From: a candidate division FCPU426 bacterium
Lineage (GTDB): Bacteria; Oederibacteriota; Muellerivitia; Muellerivitales; Muellerivitaceae
Assembly: GCA_963830915.1 (NCBI GenBank)
Contig: CAWHOE010000066.1
Span: 1 to 38,007, forward strand
Reading direction: 5' to 3'
DNA length: 38,007 nt
The notes beneath the pieces were generated by a model that saw only the letters and a list, made by a program, of their open reading frames with translations, searched no databases and was not told the origin of the DNA. This document shows positions 26,359 through 37,464 of this stretch, piece by piece. Each line of letters begins with the position of its first letter. The first letter of the stretch is position 1. A program made the position numbers and the translations under genes.

Positions 26359-29300
26359 TTGAAAAACAGTATTAAGTTATTTTTCCTTTTTTTTATTTTT
26401 CTATCTTTTCCCTCCCTCGGGCTAGCACAGGCACCTTCCGGTTTATACTCTGGTATTTTTGCTACCGATGAGGGTTTGGTTGGAGGGAAAACATCTAATG
26501 AACACATTATTATTGATAATGATTGGTTTGTTGCTTTGCCGTCTGGTGAATACTTGTCACCTGGGAATACTTGGAATAATCGTGTAAGAATTATCTATGG
26601 GAATAAAAATCGATCTGTAATAGCTCCTATTTGGGAAAAAGGACCTTGGAATAATGATGATAATTATTGGGATCAAAATGTAGCTTATCCTGTTGGAAAT
26701 CCGATTAGAAACATTTATTCGGCGTTGTCGGCTTATTGGAATAAATATAGTGCCCCTGCAACAACACAACCAGCTGGTTGGGATTCTAGTAACCCTTTTC
26801 CAGTTTCAATTGTTAATGATAGCTTTTTACCTGGGAATCAACCTGAAGCGGCAGCGGCTTTTGTATCTTGTGGTTTGAATTTTAATGAAACCGCTAGCGA
26901 CACCGACGTGGAAATAACATCATCAACTTACAATTATAGCTGTGATGAGTACGGAAGAAATCCGTGGTGTGATCCTTGTAATTATTATTTTCCTTTACAG
27001 AGTGGAGGAACAATTTTTTATCAAAACAAACATGATGATTTAAATGGTGCTGGTATTGATTTAGCAGATGGGGTTGTTTCATTTGGGCTTCAGATACCGA
27101 CTAATGATTTAGTTTCTTGGCAGTTCACGACTGATTTGCCATCGGTCACAATGGTTCAAATTCAAGACCAAGTAAATAATATTTATTATGCTCGTCTTTA
27201 TGGTGCGAACCAGATAATTACTAACCAACCGATTCCTGCGGGGAGTGTAGTTACAATAATTTTAAAATTCAACCAATCCATGTTAGAAAATTCGGTGGAA
27301 GATGATCTGGTTGGAATTAATGGTGATACTCCACTTCCAATTGTTCAATATGGTAATTCCCCTGCATTAGTTGTTACTGGTATTAATGACGGAAATAATG
27401 GATGGGGCACGCCTAGTACTTATGCTGATGACACATGGATGGGCACAACAAGGATACCCGATAATTTCTCTGGGCCGCAAACTCTAAGTATCCAATCGTT
27501 TTTAACAGGTGAATTAGTTTCAGTTTCTCAATCTACAACAATCGAAAATCAGTTGGATTCAGATGAAAATAATCTAAATGGATATAACCCTGGACCGGAT
27601 ATTTTAACTGTGTTTCAAGTAGAAGGGATTTCCCCTACTCCAACCAATACGCCCACTAACACAGCGACCACCACCCCTTCCGGCACTCCTACTAATACAC
27701 CCACAAACACACCCACGAATACGATCACAACAACTTTAACGAACACACCAACATTCGGTCCTCAATATATTTGTGTTCATTCAGGAGATGGGCCAAATGA
27801 ATATTATTTAACCACAGTTGATAATTACGGAAGCCAGGTCCCGAAAAATGTAAGTGTTTCAAATTCAGTAATTGTTAATCAACCAGCCGTATTTACGATT
27901 CCAGATGATTTTATGGGTCTACCAGGTTTTTATGGCTTATCTGGTTTTACAGTTCATTGTTGTGCAACTTATGGTGGAACTGGTAATGGGACTTTTTATG
28001 ATTTTATTTCAGGTGAAGCTACCTACACCCGTGATTTTTACGTTCCGTATGATGTGGCTAGCGCAGTAACAATTAACAGTATTTCTTTTTCAAGTAATAT
28101 GGGCCAAGGGAACGCTTTTATAAACGGCGTAACCGTGACTTCTGGTTGCTCTGGGGTTTACGACATTAACAATCCTCCTACAAGCGGATGTCTAGCGGGC
28201 ACAAATATTCACAAAGGCAATAATAGTTTTACGGTAACTGATAATTACACTGAAATTATTAATACATGCCCTGGAACCACATATTCTTTTTGTTACTCTT
28301 ACGTTGGCAGTTATCCCGCTCAGTGCTCTTTAGGTTCTTCGCCAACCTGTACTGGTGTTCCAACGGATACTGATACCGCCACCTTAACACCAACTCAAAC
28401 CCCAACCCCCTCGCTGACTAATACCCCCACAAATACTCAAACTAACACATCTACCTTAACGCCAACCAATACTGCAACCAATACCCCGACACCGACGTCC
28501 GTAAACCTTGGCCAACTTCAAAACGTTACTCAACCTGCCGACTCTTCACCTACTCCCGGAACCGCCAATGTTCAAGCTTTGAATTTTGCGGTTATAAATG
28601 GGTCTAGCACTACAACGGCCGATTTAACTGAGTTGTCGATAAATGTAACGGGATCAGGAAATCCTGTTAACGGGATTACACAAGCGTCGCTTTTCAATGG
28701 CCCAAAACTACTAGCAACTTCCTCATTTCTTTCATCCACTATCGCTGTTTTCAACTTTTCAGATACTCTTTCCGCAAGCAATACCAACAACTATTCCATA
28801 GTGCTTAATTTTTCTCCAACCGCAACTGGAACTTTTCAGGCTAATATTTCTAGCGTTTCGGGGAATGCTGGCTATCCAATTATTTTCACAAGTTCATCCG
28901 GCCCAATACCGGGCGCTTTAATTACAGTAACTGGCGCAACGGCAACCTTTACCCCAACTTTCACTTACACTCCTACTTACAGCCATACTCCAATTTATTC
29001 CTATACGAGCACAAACACGATTACACAAACCTTTACACCAACAAATTCTCCGACTATCACCAATACTTTTACAATTACACCTACTGGAACGCCGTGCACT
29101 CAGATAGCGAATTATTCTTCCGCAGGTAATTGGGGCTCATATGGTACAGGCCCTAATCAATTTCTAAATCCTTTAGGTATCGCATTGGACAGTAATTTGA
29201 ATGTGTATGTTTCCGATGTTAACTCGATCAAAAAATTTGATTCCTCAGGAAATTCCATTACTCAATGGGGTACTCCCGGCAATGGAAACGGCAATTTTAA

Positions 29301-32300
29301 TAATCCAGGTGGCGTTGTTGTAGGAGCAAATGGAAATATTTATGTTTCGGATACCGACAACCATCGAGTACAGGTGTTCGATTCTAACGGTAATTACTTA
29401 AATCAATGGGGTGGCTTGGGTACAGCAAATGGAAAATTTCAATATCCCCAAGGCTTGGCTTTGGATGTAACAACGGGAAATATATTTGTAGCAGATCAAA
29501 GCAATAATCGAATTCAGTGGTTTACATCGGATGGTCTTTATCAAGGCCAATTGGGTGGACCAGGAACCTTAACGGGAGAGTTTTATTATCCTTATGGTGT
29601 AGCTGTCCATGAGAAAACAGTATATGTCCCTGATTCGAATGCGAATAGAATAGAGGTGTTTGCTTATAATGGATCATATATAGGTGATCCGGCGTTTCCA
29701 ATTCCGACGACATCTACTATCACAAGTTCTTTTAATACTCCTGTTGGCATTGAAGTTGATAATGTCGGAAACCTTTATGTATTAAATTATTATCACACTA
29801 ACGTTCAAAAAATTAATCCCTCTGGATTTATTTTTAACACTATAGGTTCCACAGGTTCTGGCCCTGGGCAAATGTACACTCCTTACCAATTGGCTGTAGA
29901 CCCTACAGGAAATTATATTTATGTCGCATCCACTGGCACTGATGAAATTGTGAAATTTTCAGGTATATGCGGTGCTCCTCTTAATACTCCAACAAACACA
30001 TCTACCCCGACTGCAACTTTCACTCCCACTTCCACATTTACACTTACGAATTCACCTTCTAATACGAACTCATTTACGACTACAGACACACCAACCTGTT
30101 CCTTGACCAACACTCCCACCTCAACTGTGACCAACACAACAACAATAACGATATCTGATACTTTCACGCTTACCTCAACCCTTACCCCAACAAATTCTCC
30201 GACACTGACTAATTCATTCACTCCCACTGATACAGCGACGATTACGGCGACCCCAACTATTACTTACACCCCAACCGTTACGCTAACCAACACAGCCATT
30301 CCTTATTACTGCGCTGAAGTAAATGCGTTTACACCTGAGTATTACCCCGGCCCTCTCGCCGTGGATTATAAAACAGGGAATGTATTCGTCGGTTCTTGGG
30401 GTGGGAGCCCTGCCGCGGCGGTCCAGGAATTCTCTTACCAAGGAAACTCTATAACTGTCTGGGGCGGCCCCGGTGAATGCGGCCAAAGCGGGACCGGTGG
30501 GGTCGCTTGCGGCATGTTGCCTTTCGCAATTGATAAAACTGGGACCATTGATTTCATTTCAAATACCTACAATGAAATTATTCAATACCAAAACAGCGGA
30601 GTTTCTATTGGTAATTTCGGCCACGGAATATTTGGCAGTTTGGATGGAATTGCTTCTAACGTCCTTGCTACCAAAAATGGCGGTAAGCCCGTAACTATTT
30701 ATGTAACCGATTCGGAAAATCACTGTGTTCGTTATTTTGGTGGTTCAGGAAACTACATTAACTCTTGGGGTAGTGAAGGATCTTCATTTATTGGCCAGTT
30801 CTCTGATATTCGTGGAATCGCGGTCGACGAAAACGGGGATGTTTATGTGGCAGATTGGGGTGTGAATTATGTGAAGGAATTCACGAGCACAGGAGTACCT
30901 ATTAGGCAATGGGACGCTACACAAGTACCAAGCCTTCTTTTTGCTTATTCGATCGCAGCATTTAATGGGTATGTGTATGTCGCGGACCCTGTTGGGAATC
31001 TAGCCGTATATGATATTAGCGGCAACCCCAAGGGATTAATGAGTAGTGCCAAACCGGGATTCACTGGGATTGAGGGAATCGTGGCTAACGGTAAAGGACA
31101 AATTTATGTTACATCCCCTTACAGTAAAACAAATGGTTTAGTCTATGAATTTGGAAATTGTTCCTCCAACCCGATTCCAACTCCTACGCCAACTCGGACA
31201 TTCACTCCGACTCCCACTCCCAAAGGATTGATCGAATTCACATCCGGTTTAGTTTGCCCCAACAATAGCGCAAGTTTAGGTTTGTCCGATGGAATGACGG
31301 TTTCTTTCCCGTCCAACGCATACTCCAGCCTATCGTCCTGCATTACAGTAACCGTCTCAAAATATTCGCCTTTTAGTGCGGGACCTTCCCAACCATTGCT
31401 TAAAACATTTCTGTCTAATTTGTATTTTATCGACACAAGCGGGGTTGAGCCGTCGCCAAGCGCGAGCATAACCATCACCCAACCTTATTCGGGAAGCAGC
31501 ACCAACCCTATTGTGATGTACAACGATGGTTTAGGGTGGAATTTTGTCCCAACGACAATTATTGATACCGTGAACCATAAAGTGACTGTGATCGTCAGCA
31601 ATGTATCCTGGTGGGTAGTAGTGGATGGGGATTCTACGGTTGTTCCAACGGCTACAACAACTATTACCCCCATTTTAACTTCAACTCTTAGCCCAACAAT
31701 AACTTCCACACCCAACCCGCTTTATTGTTCTCTTCAAAATAGTTGGCTTGATTATCAGCCTTGGGGACTAGCTATGGACGGGGCAGGGAAAATCTATGTG
31801 GCCGACGCGAACAATGGCCAAGTGGATGTTTTCAATTCCTCTGGTACACCAGTGACTCAGATAGGGACATCTGGTCAATTCAACTTCCCTGTTGGTGTGG
31901 TGGTGGATAACAACCAGAAGGTCTACGTGACCGATTATGTTAACGACTTGGTGAATGTGTTCACCAACACCGGCACACCAGTAACACAATGGGGAACATC
32001 TGGAAGTGCCATAGGTCAGTTCGACGCCCCGGCCGGGATCGCGGTTAACAGCTCGACCAACCAGGTTTTTGTCGTGGACGAAGGAAACGACCGTATCGAG
32101 GTATTCGACACCAGCGGTAATCCGATTACCCAGTGGGGTTCATTCAATGTGATTGGCAATGGAACCTTTGAAAATCCTTTTGGAATAGCCCTGGATTCTT
32201 CAGGACAGGTTTATGTCGCGGACTATGGGACGAACCTTTTACAGGTCTTTACCGCCCAGGGCCAGCCAGTAACTCAGTGGGACGTCACGGTTGGGACTAC

Positions 32301-34641
32301 CTTACATACCGCTGAGTTCGTGGCTGTGGATAATACCAACCAATTGATATACGTGACGGATGGATACCAATCCGTGGCGGAATTTGGTTTGAACGGTAAT
32401 GTGATCGGTTCCAACCAAGGGGTTGCTCCGGGGTTCCTTGAAACCGAGGGCATAGTTATTGGTAATAACAGTTGGTACGTCGCGGATTGGGGGAATTCGC
32501 TTATCGATCAGTTTGGTATTTGTTCGTTATCGCCCATCCCCACCGTAACATTCACTCCGACTATTACGCCTACTTTCACCGGGACTTATTCGCCAACAAA
32601 CACGCCAACTGTAACTTCCACGGCTACATCCACTGCCACCAACACTCCATCAAACACAGCAACACCTATCCTTACATGTGGCAACTATAACGGTGGAATT
32701 ACCAACCCAATGCTCGCCCTCCAGGTTAAATGCAGCGGATTGAGTCCACAACAAGAACAGATCCAATTAAAAGTAACCAACTGGGGAACGACCCCTGTTT
32801 CCATTCAAAACCTCTGTTTCAAACTCTGGGCTTATGAGAGTAACGGCCCTTCGCTGAACGGTAGCCATTGGGGTGGTGGATTTGGTTCCACTTATGAAGG
32901 TTCCGGCAATATTGTGACCAACGTATCCGGAAGCGGTTCGGCCAACAATACGACCTGGCCAACCTGCCAGCAGATTCCCGGCCACTACGCAAACCAAGTC
33001 GTGGTCTATTGCCTTTCTTCGGGTAATGTCATTCCTCCCAATGGCGGCTATTGGATCGGTCAGAGCGACGAGCTTTCCTTCGGCCGCATCAGCAACACCG
33101 ATTCCTGCGGTGGGATGGACAACTGCAATTGGGCCGATGACTACTCTCATCTTGGAGACACAGTCAACGGAATCACCAGTTGCCTCGACAGCAACTGGCA
33201 TAATTCGCCTTACTACGCCATGTACTACAACAACCAACTCGTCCAGGCTGTCCTGGATGCTAATGGCACCCTTGATCCCAACACCTGCACAGAACCTTGC
33301 GGAGTTCTAATTCCGCTTTGCTCGCCTTCACCTACACCCACATTAACCCCGACATCCACTCCAACCATTACGTTTACACTAACCAACTCGTTCACCAACA
33401 CAGCTACAAACACACTAACCAATACCCTCACGGCTACGTCAACCTTTACCCCAACCAACAGCCCCACTTCAACATCAACCACTGCCAACACCCCAACTAA
33501 TACGGCGACGAACACTCCAACTTATACCGCTTCCAATACCGCCACGAACACCTTTACTAATAGCCCAACGAATACGGCCACCTATACACTGACATTGACA
33601 CCTACTTACACATGTACGAATACGCCAACTAAAACTTTAACTCCAACAATTACCTACACATACACAATGACCATCACTCCGACTCCAACGATCACCTTTA
33701 CGCCCACATCGACCCAGGCCCAAACCGCTCAACTCAACCTTGAAGTCTGGAATCCTGGAGAATCTTCCAACCAATACGAGCTGGCCGCCCGGATCACCAA
33801 TTGGGGCACCCAAGCTGTCACCTTGAACAACCTCTCTATAAAAGTCTGGTTCGATTACACCGGAGGGTCCTCCCTCCAAGCCTCTTCCTATGGAAGCAAC
33901 CAAAGCGTTTATACTTCTAGTGGTTCTTGGATCAATAACGTCAACGCCACGAGCGTTTCATTCGGAAACCTGGGAACAACATTGAATTGCAGTACCAACA
34001 GGGAAGCGAACGAAGTGGCGGTCATAAGCTTTACCGACAGCAATTCTGTCACCATTCCCGGCAATGGCGGCTATATGCAGACCAATTCTACAAATAACAC
34101 GATAGCTACCTGGCACCGATCGGATTGGGGATCTTTCACCTATACCAACGACTACAGCAAGATCACGGACGCCGGCACGAGTTCCTCCTCCCGTTCAAAC
34201 CTTTCCTATTACACTCTTTATTTGAACGGCAACTTGGTTACTGAATACACCGCTGCAAACACTACAGATTCAAACACAGGAATAGAACCCTGTCCAGCCC
34301 AGCCTCACCTGGCTGGTTTGCACACCCTTCAGGAACAAACCCAGGAGCAACCATCCGCTAAATTTATTGTGGCCCCAAATACATCTTATAACGGCGCGCC
34401 GATCCGGTTCATCGTTCCGCTTGACCAACCAGCCCAGTTCGTCCTCACACTCTATTCCATCGCTGGAGAAGCGGTTTATCAGCAACAACTGGAAGGGAAC
34501 ACCGGAATTAACACAATCCTTTGGGATGTAGATAATCAAAGCGGGCAGAAGGTCGCAAGCGGTCTCTATGTCTACACTTTGAGAGTTTTGGGAAAAACGG
34601 ATAACCCAGTTCGAGTTGGAAAAGTTCTTGTAATACATTGA
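26359..34641 (+). CDS. Giant modular surface protein: DPBB-like N-domain, three NHL-repeat blocks, two CBM3-like domains, Thr/Pro linkers, C-terminal FlgD-Ig/sorting-like domain
   Basis: 2760 aa with signal peptide; NHL 'F..P.GIA.D..G.VYV.D..N.RVQVF'; CBM3-like 'ITNWGT..V.L.NL.IK.WF...SDW....NDYS...LYLNG.LV...EP'. Confidence 0.85.
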   Translation: MKNSIKLFFLFFIFLSFPSLGLAQAPSGLYSGIFATDEGLVGGKTSNEHIIIDNDWFVALPSGEYLSPGNTWNNRVRIIYGNKNRSVIAPIWEKGPWNNDDNYWDQNVAYPVGNPIRNIYSALSAYWNKYSAPATTQPAGWDSSNPFPVSIVNDSFLPGNQPEAAAAFVSCGLNFNETASDTDVEITSSTYNYSCDEYGRNPWCDPCNYYFPLQSGGTIFYQNKHDDLNGAGIDLADGVVSFGLQIPTNDLVSWQFTTDLPSVTMVQIQDQVNNIYYARLYGANQIITNQPIPAGSVVTIILKFNQSMLENSVEDDLVGINGDTPLPIVQYGNSPALVVTGINDGNNGWGTPSTYADDTWMGTTRIPDNFSGPQTLSIQSFLTGELVSVSQSTTIENQLDSDENNLNGYNPGPDILTVFQVEGISPTPTNTPTNTATTTPSGTPTNTPTNTPTNTITTTLTNTPTFGPQYICVHSGDGPNEYYLTTVDNYGSQVPKNVSVSNSVIVNQPAVFTIPDDFMGLPGFYGLSGFTVHCCATYGGTGNGTFYDFISGEATYTRDFYVPYDVASAVTINSISFSSNMGQGNAFINGVTVTSGCSGVYDINNPPTSGCLAGTNIHKGNNSFTVTDNYTEIINTCPGTTYSFCYSYVGSYPAQCSLGSSPTCTGVPTDTDTATLTPTQTPTPSLTNTPTNTQTNTSTLTPTNTATNTPTPTSVNLGQLQNVTQPADSSPTPGTANVQALNFAVINGSSTTTADLTELSINVTGSGNPVNGITQASLFNGPKLLATSSFLSSTIAVFNFSDTLSASNTNNYSIVLNFSPTATGTFQANISSVSGNAGYPIIFTSSSGPIPGALITVTGATATFTPTFTYTPTYSHTPIYSYTSTNTITQTFTPTNSPTITNTFTITPTGTPCTQIANYSSAGNWGSYGTGPNQFLNPLGIALDSNLNVYVSDVNSIKKFDSSGNSITQWGTPGNGNGNFNNPGGVVVGANGNIYVSDTDNHRVQVFDSNGNYLNQWGGLGTANGKFQYPQGLALDVTTGNIFVADQSNNRIQWFTSDGLYQGQLGGPGTLTGEFYYPYGVAVHEKTVYVPDSNANRIEVFAYNGSYIGDPAFPIPTTSTITSSFNTPVGIEVDNVGNLYVLNYYHTNVQKINPSGFIFNTIGSTGSGPGQMYTPYQLAVDPTGNYIYVASTGTDEIVKFSGICGAPLNTPTNTSTPTATFTPTSTFTLTNSPSNTNSFTTTDTPTCSLTNTPTSTVTNTTTITISDTFTLTSTLTPTNSPTLTNSFTPTDTATITATPTITYTPTVTLTNTAIPYYCAEVNAFTPEYYPGPLAVDYKTGNVFVGSWGGSPAAAVQEFSYQGNSITVWGGPGECGQSGTGGVACGMLPFAIDKTGTIDFISNTYNEIIQYQNSGVSIGNFGHGIFGSLDGIASNVLATKNGGKPVTIYVTDSENHCVRYFGGSGNYINSWGSEGSSFIGQFSDIRGIAVDENGDVYVADWGVNYVKEFTSTGVPIRQWDATQVPSLLFAYSIAAFNGYVYVADPVGNLAVYDISGNPKGLMSSAKPGFTGIEGIVANGKGQIYVTSPYSKTNGLVYEFGNCSSNPIPTPTPTRTFTPTPTPKGLIEFTSGLVCPNNSASLGLSDGMTVSFPSNAYSSLSSCITVTVSKYSPFSAGPSQPLLKTFLSNLYFIDTSGVEPSPSASITITQPYSGSSTNPIVMYNDGLGWNFVPTTIIDTVNHKVTVIVSNVSWWVVVDGDSTVVPTATTTITPILTSTLSPTITSTPNPLYCSLQNSWLDYQPWGLAMDGAGKIYVADANNGQVDVFNSSGTPVTQIGTSGQFNFPVGVVVDNNQKVYVTDYVNDLVNVFTNTGTPVTQWGTSGSAIGQFDAPAGIAVNSSTNQVFVVDEGNDRIEVFDTSGNPITQWGSFNVIGNGTFENPFGIALDSSGQVYVADYGTNLLQVFTAQGQPVTQWDVTVGTTLHTAEFVAVDNTNQLIYVTDGYQSVAEFGLNGNVIGSNQGVAPGFLETEGIVIGNNSWYVADWGNSLIDQFGICSLSPIPTVTFTPTITPTFTGTYSPTNTPTVTSTATSTATNTPSNTATPILTCGNYNGGITNPMLALQVKCSGLSPQQEQIQLKVTNWGTTPVSIQNLCFKLWAYESNGPSLNGSHWGGGFGSTYEGSGNIVTNVSGSGSANNTTWPTCQQIPGHYANQVVVYCLSSGNVIPPNGGYWIGQSDELSFGRISNTDSCGGMDNCNWADDYSHLGDTVNGITSCLDSNWHNSPYYAMYYNNQLVQAVLDANGTLDPNTCTEPCGVLIPLCSPSPTPTLTPTSTPTITFTLTNSFTNTATNTLTNTLTATSTFTPTNSPTSTSTTANTPTNTATNTPTYTASNTATNTFTNSPTNTATYTLTLTPTYTCTNTPTKTLTPTITYTYTMTITPTPTITFTPTSTQAQTAQLNLEVWNPGESSNQYELAARITNWGTQAVTLNNLSIKVWFDYTGGSSLQASSYGSNQSVYTSSGSWINNVNATSVSFGNLGTTLNCSTNREANEVAVISFTDSNSVTIPGNGGYMQTNSTNNTIATWHRSDWGSFTYTNDYSKITDAGTSSSSRSNLSYYTLYLNGNLVTEYTAANTTDSNTGIEPCPAQPHLAGLHTLQEQTQEQPSAKFIVAPNTSYNGAPIRFIVPLDQPAQFVLTLYSIAGEAVYQQQLEGNTGINTILWDVDNQSGQKVASGLYVYTLRVLGKTDNPVRVGKVLVIH

Positions 34642-34668
34642 GAGCCAAACAGGTTTAAAGGAGATTTA

Positions 34669-35007
34669 ATGAAACATTTATTGATGATTCTGATTACAAC
34701 ACAATTACTGGCGTTGAGTTCTTTGGCATTCGCCCAAAGTACTCCTACTGTAACTACTACGCCTTCACCCATCCTATTTCCCAATTTGCATGGCATCAAC
34801 GCTCGTCTAAAACAAGACATGGAAAAAATGAAGGTGGATTTTCTTTCAAACCAGCTAACTCAAACGCAATTAGACACCATCAAAAACCAGATTAAAACTG
34901 TTCGTATCCAGGAGCTTTCATTTATTAAGGTAAACGGGTTAGGAGTTGATCTAACCACCGACCAAACCGCGCAACTAAACCAACTGCTGGATGCGATCAA
35001 CCCATAA
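34669..35007 (+). CDS. Small secreted helical protein
   Basis: RBS AAGGAG; signal peptide ending in AFA. Confidence 0.7.
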   Translation: MKHLLMILITTQLLALSSLAFAQSTPTVTTTPSPILFPNLHGINARLKQDMEKMKVDFLSNQLTQTQLDTIKNQIKTVRIQELSFIKVNGLGVDLTTDQTAQLNQLLDAINP

Positions 35008-35158
35008 TTTACTCCCCAATAAATTTTTGCCTTATTATTGGCAACGAATTACCATCTTTTCGAATTATCCATCACCTATTTATTGCTATATTCCGACCCA
35101 TTCTTCGGGGGTAAAATTAATCCAACAAACTAAACGCTTTTTGCACCCTTGGACTAAT

Positions 35159-37144
35159 ATGAAATTCCTATCTTTAATCCTTTCACATTTAATCCTTCTG
35201 ACGGTTTCTAATGCTTGGTCCCAATGTGGCATCATTAATACTTTCGCCGGAACAAATGTCCCGGGTTTTAGCGGTGACGGTGGACCGGCCACTCTGGCTG
35301 ATCTCTTTGAGCCTTGGGGGGTGTGTACTGATAGTTTAGGAAATGTAATTATTGCAGTTACAAACGACAATCGTGTCCGAAAAGTAACTCCGGATGGAAC
35401 GATCAGTACTGTCGCAGGAAATGGTTCGAGTGGTTTTAGCGGAGATGGTGGACCAGCCACGCTTGCACAATTATTTGAACCTGTTGGTGTGGCAGCAGAT
35501 AGTTACGATAATATATATATTGCAGATTCAAACAACGATCGAGTTCGTAAAGTTACACCTGGCGGCATAATTAGCACCTACGCTGGAAATGGTTACATGT
35601 CTTTTAGCGGAGATGGGGGACCAGCCACGTTGGCAAGAGTCTGGACCCCTTATGATCTAGCTTTTGACAGTTCTAATAACTTGTACATTGCCGATATGGA
35701 TAATAATCGAATCCGGATCGTGACTCCTGGTGGAATTATTAACACCTATGCTGGGGGAGGTTCTATTACTGGGAACGGAATACCAGCCACACAAGTTAAA
35801 TTAGGCGGAGCGATGGGTGTAGCTACCGATAATTCGGGCAATGTTTATATCTCGGAAATATTAACTAACACAGTACGGTATGTAGATCCAGGCGGAATAA
35901 TTCATCAAAAAGCTGGAAATGGTATTGCCGGTTTTAGCGGGGACGGGGGACCTGCTATAGCGGCCAAGTTGAATCAGAATTATGAAATTAAAGTGGATAG
36001 CCATGGCTGTTTGTATATTGCGGATAGCAGTAATATGCGAATACGTATGGTTTCTCCTGCGGGGACGATTTCTACAATCGCCGGGGGCGGGTCCATACAA
36101 GGGGATGGAGGACCGGCAACCCTGGCATCCTTCATTTCACCTACAGGTGTTGCTGTGGATAGTTTAGGTAACATTTATGTCGCGGATTACAGCACTTCTC
36201 GGATTCGTGTAATTGGATCCTGCTGGACACCTACCTTTACACCAACCATCACCTTTACTCCAACCAATACATTTACTTACACCTGTACTTTTACCGCGAC
36301 TAATACAGCAACAACTACGGATACTTTTACGGCAACCTCCTCACCCACAAATTCTTTCACTTCCACACCAACTAATACCGCTACTTATTCCGGCACCCCG
36401 ACCAATTCGGCGACCAATACAAGCACCTTTAGCCCAACGAATACCACCACTCCCACCGATACCTCAACGAATTCCTTTACTCCAACATTAACCTGTACCC
36501 AAACTTGCTCTTTTACGGCAACCAATACAACAACAGTCACCTTTACATATTCCCCAACCAATAGTGCCACTTCTACTTACACATACACTTTAACACCAAC
36601 ATCTACCGACACGTTCACTTCGACATTAACCTGTACCCCCACCCAAACCCCTACCAGTACTTTTACCAGGACCGTTACTTCAACCCGCACTTATACTTTC
36701 ACCGCCACTAATACAGCGACCCAGACTTGCACCTCAACGCCAACAATTACAGCTACTCCGACCAATACTGCCACGGTCACCTACACCCCGACGATCACAT
36801 ACACACCCACCATTACCTATACCCCTACCGAGACATCCACCTTCCCAACAGATTGCAGTCGTTTTTACGTCTCCAAGAACGTCTTAATGGTCGACCAAGG
36901 CCCCGTCTCCATATCCATCGTGGACTGTTTGGATCACTCCGGCACCTTTACCTTGGATATCTATAACTCGGCCGGGGAAAGGGTGAAGAATATGATGACC
37001 GCTACCATTGTCCAACCCTTTGTCGTCAACTATTTCTGGGATGGAAGGAACTCTTATGGTGAGCTTTGCGCGAGCGGGGTTTATATCATCGAGCTTCGTA
37101 CCCCCTTCAAACTCAACCGGAAAAAGATTCTTTTAATCCACTAG
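35159..37144 (+). CDS. NHL-repeat surface protein with Thr-rich stalk and FlgD-Ig-like C-terminus
   Basis: Six 'GFSGDGGPAT.A' type repeats; signal peptide from ATG 35159; C-terminal 'IYNSAGERVK...WDGRNSYG...SGVY'. Confidence 0.85.
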   Translation: MKFLSLILSHLILLTVSNAWSQCGIINTFAGTNVPGFSGDGGPATLADLFEPWGVCTDSLGNVIIAVTNDNRVRKVTPDGTISTVAGNGSSGFSGDGGPATLAQLFEPVGVAADSYDNIYIADSNNDRVRKVTPGGIISTYAGNGYMSFSGDGGPATLARVWTPYDLAFDSSNNLYIADMDNNRIRIVTPGGIINTYAGGGSITGNGIPATQVKLGGAMGVATDNSGNVYISEILTNTVRYVDPGGIIHQKAGNGIAGFSGDGGPAIAAKLNQNYEIKVDSHGCLYIADSSNMRIRMVSPAGTISTIAGGGSIQGDGGPATLASFISPTGVAVDSLGNIYVADYSTSRIRVIGSCWTPTFTPTITFTPTNTFTYTCTFTATNTATTTDTFTATSSPTNSFTSTPTNTATYSGTPTNSATNTSTFSPTNTTTPTDTSTNSFTPTLTCTQTCSFTATNTTTVTFTYSPTNSATSTYTYTLTPTSTDTFTSTLTCTPTQTPTSTFTRTVTSTRTYTFTATNTATQTCTSTPTITATPTNTATVTYTPTITYTPTITYTPTETSTFPTDCSRFYVSKNVLMVDQGPVSISIVDCLDHSGTFTLDIYNSAGERVKNMMTATIVQPFVVNYFWDGRNSYGELCASGVYIIELRTPFKLNRKKILLIH

Positions 37145-37280
37145 GCCCAAAATTCCTTAAATCAATTTCAGCCCCCTAGATGCTGATTCCACAATGGAAT
37201 CAGCACAACCAATGCTCGTGGCTCAACTTGCGGTTTCGCCACAGGTGACCAACTCCAAATAGACCCCAAAATGTTAAATA

Positions 37281-37311
37281 TTGACACCACCCGATATATC
37301 GGGTGTATGCT
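37281..37311 (+). promoter_or_regulatory. Possible promoter with a palindromic operator in the spacer
   Basis: TTGACA...TATGCT (19-bp spacer, suboptimal) with perfect palindrome CACCCGATATATCGGGTG at 37288-37305. Confidence 0.45.
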
Positions 37312-37464
37312 AACCCCGATGAGCCGGAGCCAAGCAGGGAAAGGTCCTCGGGTTTAACGGGTGAAACCACGGTAATAGCGCCCGGTCCTTTAGGTCGGGA
37401 AATTTTTAACATTTTTTATAAAATTTCACGACTAAAGGACTAATTCCAAGAAAAGGAGCTAATT

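Noticed and set aside
34991..35158. Long N-terminal extension of the 717-aa ORF
   Set aside because: It overlaps the previous gene, and the signal peptide begins at ATG 35159.
27630..36850. Tandem ACN-rich DNA repeats as a non-coding array or DGR
   Set aside because: They are in-frame Thr/Pro linkers; no reverse transcriptase or adenine-specific TR/VR pair was seen.
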